From assembly GCA_947259705.1 (NCBI GenBank), contig CAMYNL010000001.1, positions 146,199 to 210,198 of the forward strand: a DNA stretch of 64,000 bases, in the 5' to 3' direction. A program made the position numbers and the translations under genes. A model generated the notes under the pieces. It ran no database searches, was not told where the DNA came from, and saw nothing but the letters and a program-made list of their open reading frames with translations. The DNA comes from an uncultured Gammaproteobacteria bacterium. GTDB lineage: Bacteria > Pseudomonadota > Gammaproteobacteria > Arenicellales > JAANXG01. Of the stretch, positions 9,216 through 16,056 are shown piece after piece (positions within the stretch are counted from its first letter, which is position 1; every line of letters starts with the position of its first letter).

Positions 9216-10295
9216 ATGCAGCGTAGAGACTTCATCAAACAGATAGGTATGATCGGTGCGGCGACTGCCGGCACCTCCCTCGCCGCGCCGTCTGTCGCCA
9301 GCAGGAAAACGCGCTGGAAGATGGTGACCGCCTGGCCCAAGAACTTTCCCGGGCTGGGAACCGGCGCGGAGTTCCTGGCGTCGCTTATCGGCGACATGTC
9401 CGATGGTGAACTGACCCTGAAGGTCTATGGGGCGAACGAACTGGTACCGCCATTCGAGGCTTTCGACGCGGTATCGCGGGGGACGGCGCAGATGGGCCAC
9501 GCTTCCGCCTATTACTGGAAAGGCAAGCAGCCCGCGGCCCAGTTCTTTTCGGCCATGCCTTTCGGTTTGACTGCGCAGGAAATGAATGCGTGGCTATATC
9601 ACGGCGGGGGCATGACGCTGTGGCGGGAGATCTACGAGCCGTTCGGCTTGATCCCGGCGGCGGCAGGCAATACGGGTGTGCAGATGGCGGGCTGGTTCAA
9701 CAAGGAGGTCAACAGTGTCCGCGATCTGGAGGGCCTGAAGATGCGCATCCCGGGGCTGGGTGGGGAAGTGCTGCGACGTGCCGGTGGAGTCCCCGTGAGT
9801 CTGCCCGGCGGGGAGATCTTCACCGCCCTGCAGTCCGGAGCCATAGACGCAACTGAGTGGGTAGGGCCCTACAACGACCTGGCCTTCGGGCTGCACAAGG
9901 CAGCCAAGTATTACTACTACCCCGGATGGCATGAACCGGGCGCCGTACTGGAGACCTTCATCAATCGCGACGCCTTCGCAGCCTTACCCGGGCGCCTGCA
10001 GGCGGTGGTGATGAATGCCTGCCGGGTGGCCAACCAGGATGTGCTGTCAGACCTCACGGCGAAGAACAACGACGCCTTGCAGACCCTGGTCACGCAGCAC
10101 AAAGTGTCGCTGCGCAAACTGCCCGACGAGGTGCTGATCCAGCTGCGCGAGCTTACGCGGCAGGCCGTGGAGGAGATCGCCACCTCCAGCGAGGCCAGCC
10201 GCAAGGTGCACCATGCGCTGACAGTGTTCCGCGATAAGGTCACGAAATGGCACGACATCTCGGAGCGGGCGTATCTGAATGCCCGCGCCTTGTAG
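9216..10295 (+). CDS. dctP: TRAP transporter substrate-binding protein (DctP, TakP-like subfamily), Tat signal
   Basis: MQRRDFIK twin-arginine signal; WKMVTAWPKNFPGLG, YYWKGK, GLKMRIPGLGG, DATEWVGPYND, YYYPGWHEPG. Confidence 0.93.
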   Translation: MQRRDFIKQIGMIGAATAGTSLAAPSVASRKTRWKMVTAWPKNFPGLGTGAEFLASLIGDMSDGELTLKVYGANELVPPFEAFDAVSRGTAQMGHASAYYWKGKQPAAQFFSAMPFGLTAQEMNAWLYHGGGMTLWREIYEPFGLIPAAAGNTGVQMAGWFNKEVNSVRDLEGLKMRIPGLGGEVLRRAGGVPVSLPGGEIFTALQSGAIDATEWVGPYNDLAFGLHKAAKYYYYPGWHEPGAVLETFINRDAFAALPGRLQAVVMNACRVANQDVLSDLTAKNNDALQTLVTQHKVSLRKLPDEVLIQLRELTRQAVEEIATSSEASRKVHHALTVFRDKVTKWHDISERAYLNARAL

Positions 10296-10427
10296 CGCCG
10301 AGGCCGTACCGCCCATCCCCACCAACCCCCCAACCGTTCGTCAGCTCGGAATATTGTTTATATAAAACAATAAGATTAAGACTGCGTAGCAGCTTGACGG
10401 GGGTGGGCGCCAGCGCTGTATACTTAT

Positions 10428-10442
10428 TGCTGCAATGCAGCA
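10428..10442 (+). promoter_or_regulatory. PhaR-like operator palindrome directly downstream of a -10-like hexamer
   Basis: TGCTGCA-A-TGCAGCA is a perfect inverted repeat containing CTGC-N3-GCAG. TATACT lies at 10419-10424 and TTGACG at 10394-10399 (19-nt spacer, non-optimal). Confidence 0.55.
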
Positions 10443-10475
10443 TTTTGCTCCTCATTCAGGGTCGCCGGTGGTCTG

Positions 10476-11198
10476 ATGCTGGCGAAACGGAAATACGATA
10501 CCGCTTACCGGGAGGCCCTTAGTCTGCCCGGCGCCGGAGACGTCCGGCTGCGCCTGTTGCGCCGCCGTGATCGGAGCAAGCTCCACCAGGGCTTCCTCAG
10601 CCTGTCGGACGAAACCCGCTACCGTCGCTTTCATCATCCGAAAAAGGAATTGTCCCCGGCTGAGCTTGAGTTTTTCAGCGATCTCGACGGCTGGAACCAT
10701 CTTGCCCTCGGCGCGTTCCGCCTGCGCGGCGGAAAGGAGGCGGAACTGCTGGGGGTTGCGCGTTATTTCCGCTTGGCCCCGTCAGCCGATGTCGCCGAGG
10801 TGGCGATAACGGTGCATGACGACCTGCAGGGGAAGGGGCTGGGCAAGGCGCTGCTCGCGCGGCTTGTGATGGCTGCGGCCGAGCGTCGCATCGGCCGACT
10901 GCGGTTCTATCTTCTATACCAAAACAGGCCGGCGCGCGCATTGCTGGAACACTCGGTGTGGGAGACGACCTTCGAAAATCAGGGCACGGTAGTCGCCGCC
11001 GAACTCGAAATCCCGCCGATGATGGCCAGTACCCCCCTGCCCGCAGCCGGCCAGCTCGACGACAAACTGGAGGAACTGGTGCGAATGATTGCGCGCGGTG
11101 CGGTGGCCAGCCCGTTCTCCCTCAGCATGCTGGGTCTGCGCAGCTGGTGGCATGAAACCGAGCGCCTGCTGAGCGATCTCGCCGACTCAAGGCCATGA
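10476..11198 (+). CDS. Stand-alone GNAT N-acetyltransferase resembling the Pat GNAT domain
   Basis: LSDETRYRRF, D..NHLALGA, LGVARY, AEVAITVHDDLQGKGLGKALL (motif A), and NRPARALL. Confidence 0.87.
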   Translation: MLAKRKYDTAYREALSLPGAGDVRLRLLRRRDRSKLHQGFLSLSDETRYRRFHHPKKELSPAELEFFSDLDGWNHLALGAFRLRGGKEAELLGVARYFRLAPSADVAEVAITVHDDLQGKGLGKALLARLVMAAAERRIGRLRFYLLYQNRPARALLEHSVWETTFENQGTVVAAELEIPPMMASTPLPAAGQLDDKLEELVRMIARGAVASPFSLSMLGLRSWWHETERLLSDLADSRP

Positions 11199-11245
11199 TC
11201 CTGCGAGCAGGGTGTGCGCAAGGTTCCATGCCGCGCCGGCCGCGG

Positions 11246-12631
11246 TCAGCCGTATATCCGGGTGGGCAACCAGGTAGCCAGGACTGGAAAGCAGGCCAGG
11301 ACCAGCAACATTGCGAGCTGAATGAGCACGAATGGCACCACGCCGCGATAGATCGAACCGGTGGTCACGGATGTCGGCGCCACCCCGCGCAGGTAAAAAA
11401 GCGCGAACCCGAAAGGCGGAGTCAGAAAAGAGGTTTGCAGATTGACTGCGATCATCACGCCCAGCCACACCGGGTCAACATCCATGGTCAGCAGTACCGG
11501 GGCGACGATAGGCACCACCACGAAGGTTATCTCGATGAAATCCAGGAAAAACCCCAGCGCGAACATCATCAACATGACCACTGTTACCGCGCCGGCCGTT
11601 CCGCCGGGCAGGTCAGTCAGCAGGCGACGTACCAGATCGTCGCCGCCATAACCGCGAAATGTCAGCGAAAAAAGCGCGGCGCCGATCAGGATGGCGAACA
11701 CCATCGCCGTAATGCGCGCGCTTCGCCGCGAGACCTCGCACAAACGCGCCAGGCTCATCCGGCGCTGTGAAGCAGCGATCACCAACGCCCCCGCTGCACC
11801 GATTGCAGCGGCTTCGGTCGGGGTAGCGAGGCCGCCGAGAATCGACCCCAGTACCGCCATCATCAGCGCAAGCGGCGGCAACAGCGCCTTCACCAACGCG
11901 ATATTCGCCTGGCCACCCGGCGTCGTGGAAAGCTCGCGTCCCGCCACTGGCAAGGCCCGCGGACGCAGTGACGACCACAGTGATAGATAGGCCACGTACA
12001 TCGCCACCAGTAACAAGCCGGGAAGCAGGGCGCCGGCGAACAAGTCGCCCACCGACAGGGTGGCGGGGGCGAACTGACCAAGGTCCAGTTGCGCCTGTTG
12101 ATAGGCTGCTGAGAGTACGTCGCCCAGCAATACCAGCACTATGGATGGCGGGATGATCTGCCCCAGGGTCCCTGCGGCGCAGACGGTGCCTGTCGCCACA
12201 GCCGGGTCATAGCCCTGCCGCAGCATGGTCGGCAGCGCCAGCAGGCCCATGGTCACCACGGTCGCGCCCACGATACCCGTACTTGCCGCCAACAGGGCGC
12301 CGACCATGATCACCGATATGCCCAGCCCGCCGCGCCAGGGGCCCCAGAGCAGCGCCAGCGCGTGAAGCAGTCTCTGCGCGACCTCCGATCGCTCGAGCAC
12401 CACACCCATGAATACGAACAACGGCACCGCCAGCAACACCTCGTTCGTCATGATGCCGAACACGCGATTTGGAAATGCGGTCAGAAATGCGCTGTCGAAA
12501 CTACCCAGCACGGTGCCGACGGCGGCGAACATCAGCGCCGTACCCGCCAGCGTCAGAAAGACCGGGTATCCCGCCATCAATACCAGGCAGACGACGACGA
12601 ACAAAGCCAGTGCCGGCCACTCGGCGATCAT
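11246..12631 (-). CDS. dctM: TRAP transporter large permease
   Basis: Polytopic. LLAVPLFVFMG, AASTGIVGATVV, GTLGQIIPPS, ATPTEAA, NLQTSFLTPPFGFALFYL. Confidence 0.94.
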   Translation of the reverse strand: MIAEWPALALFVVVCLVLMAGYPVFLTLAGTALMFAAVGTVLGSFDSAFLTAFPNRVFGIMTNEVLLAVPLFVFMGVVLERSEVAQRLLHALALLWGPWRGGLGISVIMVGALLAASTGIVGATVVTMGLLALPTMLRQGYDPAVATGTVCAAGTLGQIIPPSIVLVLLGDVLSAAYQQAQLDLGQFAPATLSVGDLFAGALLPGLLLVAMYVAYLSLWSSLRPRALPVAGRELSTTPGGQANIALVKALLPPLALMMAVLGSILGGLATPTEAAAIGAAGALVIAASQRRMSLARLCEVSRRSARITAMVFAILIGAALFSLTFRGYGGDDLVRRLLTDLPGGTAGAVTVVMLMMFALGFFLDFIEITFVVVPIVAPVLLTMDVDPVWLGVMIAVNLQTSFLTPPFGFALFYLRGVAPTSVTTGSIYRGVVPFVLIQLAMLLVLACFPVLATWLPTRIYG

Positions 12632-13149
12632 CTTCGCCGCGGGTCAGAACGCCAAGTGGTCAGCGTGCGGAGGCTGCGTGCAGCCAGCGCCAGGCCCTGC
12701 AGAAAGATGAGCCCTGCCGTGAGCGGAATCAGGCTCTTGATCAGAAACAAAGCCGGCAAGCCACCGGCTGCCCGGGACCCCTCAAGCACCGACCAGGACG
12801 CCACCACATAGTCCCAACTCGCCCAGGCAAGAAATACCGACACCGGAAGAAGAAACAGCAAGGTTCCGAGCAGATCTACCCAGGCCTGCCGACGTGGCGT
12901 CCAGTCCCGGTAGAATACGTCGATGCGGACGTGACCGTCAGCACGCAGGGCATCGGCAATACTGAGCGTCACCACGCCCGCGAACAGGTAGACCACCAGT
13001 TCCTGCAGCGCAATCCAGCCGACGCCAAACAGGTACCGCAATGTCACCACCGCCACAGACACGGCCACCATACCCAGCGTAAGCCACGACGACAGCCGAC
13101 CCATCCTATCGTTCAGCCCGTCTATGGCCCGGGCCGACTTGAATATCAC
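12628..13149 (-). CDS. dctQ: TRAP transporter small permease (start taken as GTG 13149)
   Basis: Four TM segments; IDGLNDRMG, LRYLF, LQEL, DGHVRIDVFY, SW...EGS...GGLP. The upstream part of the 353-aa track ORF overlaps acuC and is not DctQ-like. Confidence 0.88.
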   Translation of the reverse strand: MIFKSARAIDGLNDRMGRLSSWLTLGMVAVSVAVVTLRYLFGVGWIALQELVVYLFAGVVTLSIADALRADGHVRIDVFYRDWTPRRQAWVDLLGTLLFLLPVSVFLAWASWDYVVASWSVLEGSRAAGGLPALFLIKSLIPLTAGLIFLQGLALAARSLRTLTTWRSDPRRR

Positions 13150-13213
13150 CCGGCGCAAAGCCGCCGCCGGATCCGACCGGTCGCCGTGAAACGGGCCGGG
13201 GCAAAGGGAAGGG

Positions 13214-14197
13214 TCATGATTCCAGCATGGCCTGCACCACTTCGTTCCAGCCCTGCGCCAGGTTGTTGCGGTTGTAGCCTCCTCCTCCCATGGCGATGAA
13301 ACGCCCATCGCAGAACTCGTCTGCGATACGACAAAGACGCCGTGCGGCATGGGCGTGCGCCGCGGGGGAGAATGCCATGTGGGTAATCGGGTCCCCCCGG
13401 ATGCTGTCGGCTCCGGCCTGCAGCAGGACAAATTCCGGACGACCGGCGCGAACAAATTCCTCCACCGTCGGCCACACGGCGTGGAACGCCCCGTCGCCTG
13501 CCCCGGGCGGAAGCGGTATGTTAAGTTTCGTGCCCACCGCCCGGCCCTTGCCGGTTTCTTCGGTATACCCGGTTCCGGGATAAAGGTAGCGCCCGTCTTC
13601 GTGGATATCGGCAATAACCACTTCGGGGTCCTCCTCGAAGGCGTAAAACACTCCGTCACCGTGGTGCGCATCGATGTCGACATAGGCAACCCGGCGGATG
13701 CCGTAGTTCTGCCGGAGGGTTTCTATCAGCACCCCGGCATCGTTGAAGACACAGAACCCCGCCGCGGTTTCGCGACGCGCATGATGCAGCCCCGCGATGG
13801 GGACGAATATACGAGGCTGTTTCCCGGACATCGCCGCCTCCAGGCCGTCGAGGTCGCTGCCGACCACGTAGGAGGATGCTTCGAACATGCCTTTGAACGC
13901 GGGGGTGTCCCCGTAATCCAGATAGCCGGCCCCCCTCCGGGATCGGTCCTTGACCTTTGCGACATATACCGGATCATGGAAACGCCTGATGGCATCCTCA
14001 TCGCAGGCGACGGGCGCTGCGACCTCCACCTGCTTGTGCAGGCCCCGCTTGACGGTCTCTGTCCAGAAAGCATGAATGCGATCGGGACCGAACGGGTGGC
14101 CTTCGCCGAAACCGTACCGCCCGAGATCTTCTCCGAAGTATATTCGCACTAACGGTTCCGTTCCGAACGCCGTCGCCGCTCCTCCCGCGGTTCGCAC
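13214..14197 (-). CDS. AcuC/histone-deacetylase family Zn-dependent deacetylase (start may be GTG 14149)
   Basis: GHPFGPDR, LDYGDTP, AGLHHA, GFCVFND, AYVDIDAHHGDG, YPGTG, QAGAD...GDP, GGGGY. Confidence 0.92.
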   Translation of the reverse strand: MRTAGGAATAFGTEPLVRIYFGEDLGRYGFGEGHPFGPDRIHAFWTETVKRGLHKQVEVAAPVACDEDAIRRFHDPVYVAKVKDRSRRGAGYLDYGDTPAFKGMFEASSYVVGSDLDGLEAAMSGKQPRIFVPIAGLHHARRETAAGFCVFNDAGVLIETLRQNYGIRRVAYVDIDAHHGDGVFYAFEEDPEVVIADIHEDGRYLYPGTGYTEETGKGRAVGTKLNIPLPPGAGDGAFHAVWPTVEEFVRAGRPEFVLLQAGADSIRGDPITHMAFSPAAHAHAARRLCRIADEFCDGRFIAMGGGGYNRNNLAQGWNEVVQAMLES

Positions 14198-14544
14198 TTC
14201 CAGGAACCCATTTTAGAGCCGCGTTCCCCTTCCAGATACCAGCGCGCACCCGGCGTGATCTCCAGTGCCGGCTCGCGCTCGTTCTTCCAGCTCACCTTGA
14301 GTTCGTTGCCCGGCTTGCAGTCTTTCTCCGCGTAGATGAAGCACCGCTCGAATCCAATCTGCGCTACCCGGTATACGCGCTGGCCGAATGGCAGATTATG
14401 ACAACCAGGGTTGTCGGCATCACTGAAAGAGAACGCCCGCCGCTGCTGCAGCAGCTTGTTGGCCGTATAGATGCGGAAATCAGCCGCCTGTACGGCGACT
14501 GAGGTGAGGGCAAGAAGCGCGACAAGCCGTGTTCTATTGGTCAC
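14149..14544 (-). CDS. Hypothetical secreted protein with four Cys
   Basis: Signal-peptide-like RTRLVALLALTSVAVQA-AD, then GCHNL...CFIY..KDC...SWKC. It fills the gap in a tightly overlapped minus-strand gene run. Confidence 0.65.
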   Translation of the reverse strand: MTNRTRLVALLALTSVAVQAADFRIYTANKLLQQRRAFSFSDADNPGCHNLPFGQRVYRVAQIGFERCFIYAEKDCKPGNELKVSWKNEREPALEITPGARWYLEGERGSKMGSWKCEPREERRRRSERNR

Positions 14545-15256
14545 CAAATATATCCTTGTAACTGCAGTAACCAGCACAGAGGCTGACCGGAATGAGCAAC
14601 AGCAGCCCCAACCCGAGGGGGATCACCGCGATAATTGCCAGCACTGCATAAACGACGCCGAACACCAGCAGCGGCAGCAGGTTCTTGAAGCAGGCGCTGA
14701 AACTGGCCTTCACCGCCGCCACCGGCGCCGCCCGCCGCAGCATCACCAGCGGAATCGCGTAGAACATGCCCATGATAACGGCCAGCTCGAGCGCCAGCAT
14801 CAACAACAGGCCCAGCAGCCACCCGGCACCTATTCCACCGCGCATGCCGGCTTCGCCCATCGGTCCGTCCTCCATCATCATGCCCCCCATCGCGCCCCCC
14901 GCCATGGTGACCATCATTACCAGCAAACCTACTATGCCCACAGCAAGCGTCAGCGCGCCCAGCGTCAGCAGGGGATTGCGTCGCGCCGGATCACGCAGGC
15001 CTTCGAACAGCATCGTTGGCTCGACCGGTCCGCCCCGGTCCGCACTATCTACCGCGAAGTAGAAACCGCCACCCAGCGCCGGAGCAATGAGCATCAGCGC
15101 CAGTTGCCCGACCAGCGGGATAATTACCAGCACGATGGCGATGACCAGCATGATGATCATCATCACCAGCCACATGGCCGGCGCCTTCATGAAAAGGCGC
15201 CAGCCGCAGGAGTACCAATTCAGCCCAGCGCTGACGTCAACTGATCGTGGATCCAT
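14534..15256 (-). CDS. BPSS1780-like integral membrane protein
   Basis: RSV..SAGLNW..GWRLF.KAP.MW, IPLVGQL, A.KASF.AC.KNLLPLLVFG, IPLGLG, Y.SYKDIF. Confidence 0.8.
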   Translation of the reverse strand: MDPRSVDVSAGLNWYSCGWRLFMKAPAMWLVMMIIMLVIAIVLVIIPLVGQLALMLIAPALGGGFYFAVDSADRGGPVEPTMLFEGLRDPARRNPLLTLGALTLAVGIVGLLVMMVTMAGGAMGGMMMEDGPMGEAGMRGGIGAGWLLGLLLMLALELAVIMGMFYAIPLVMLRRAAPVAAVKASFSACFKNLLPLLVFGVVYAVLAIIAVIPLGLGLLLLIPVSLCAGYCSYKDIFGDQ

Positions 15257-15517
15257 GGTGTCTTTCTCCGGTTAAACTGCGGGGGAAGAGTTTGTGTAAA
15301 GGTGTGATCGAGGCGCTCTGCGAACAAGGCCACGGGGCCGGCAACGCCCGCTGCGCGGCCGCCCTTCCGTAGCGCGGAATGGTGCCGATAAGCATCTTGC
15401 CGTGGAGTGCCTTGCGCGGTCGTCAATGCCGGCCAGCTTGATGCCGTGATGGGCCGCAGATGGCATCGCTCGACGAGCTTCGCTACGCGGGCGTCGAATG
15501 CCGCGCGGACCCCGACG

Positions 15518-15949
15518 TCACCAGTTTCCGATCCGCCACTTGGGAAGATTTACGTCTTCGTCGATATCGCCGCCCTCGCGCTCGAACTGGCCATCCCCGT
15601 CACGGTCCATCCAGTATTGGGCGGGGCCGCGCTTGGGCTTCATCTTGACCATGTAGAGCTGACCACGGCGCCGATACTCTGTTATCGTCTGGTCGCCTTC
15701 GACCCGCTCGATCACCTCATCGGCGGGCGGTTGCTCCTTGATTTCCGGCGCGGGCTCGGCCGCCGTCGCCTCCCGCGCCTCCGCATCCTTCTGCGCACGC
15801 GCACGTTCCTCCGGGCTTGGCAACGGCGGAGGCTTGGGGACCGCTTCCGGGTCCACCGTCTGTGCAGCGCTCCATCCCCAGGGGATCAGCAGCGATAACA
15901 CGACTGCCAGTATGGTTCTCAATTTCCTGTCTCGTGTGGTGCCCGGCAC
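15518..15949 (-). CDS. DUF2782-type exported protein
   Basis: Signal peptide, Pro-rich linker, ITEYRRRGQLYMVKMKPKRGPAQYWMDRDGDG, and C-terminal PKW...W. It is divergent from polA as in other gammaproteobacteria. Confidence 0.8.
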   Translation of the reverse strand: MPGTTRDRKLRTILAVVLSLLIPWGWSAAQTVDPEAVPKPPPLPSPEERARAQKDAEAREATAAEPAPEIKEQPPADEVIERVEGDQTITEYRRRGQLYMVKMKPKRGPAQYWMDRDGDGQFEREGGDIDEDVNLPKWRIGNW

Positions 15950-16056
15950 CGTGCATTATGTCGCCGTTCGGCGCTTCGAGTCCAATCACATGATTAAGAC
16001 AGCATTAGCGCCCGCCGGTTCTCGTTATGACCTCGGGACGATTAGAATGTCCCGCC

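Noticed and set aside
13150-13689. 353-aa track ORF as an extended DctQ fusion
   Set aside because: The N-terminal half is an alternate frame inside the deacetylase gene with no protein-like motifs. DctQ similarity begins near 13149.
15257-15517. Intergenic region as a riboswitch or ncRNA
   Set aside because: It is GC-rich with only short chance stems. I recognised no aptamer consensus, promoter or terminator.
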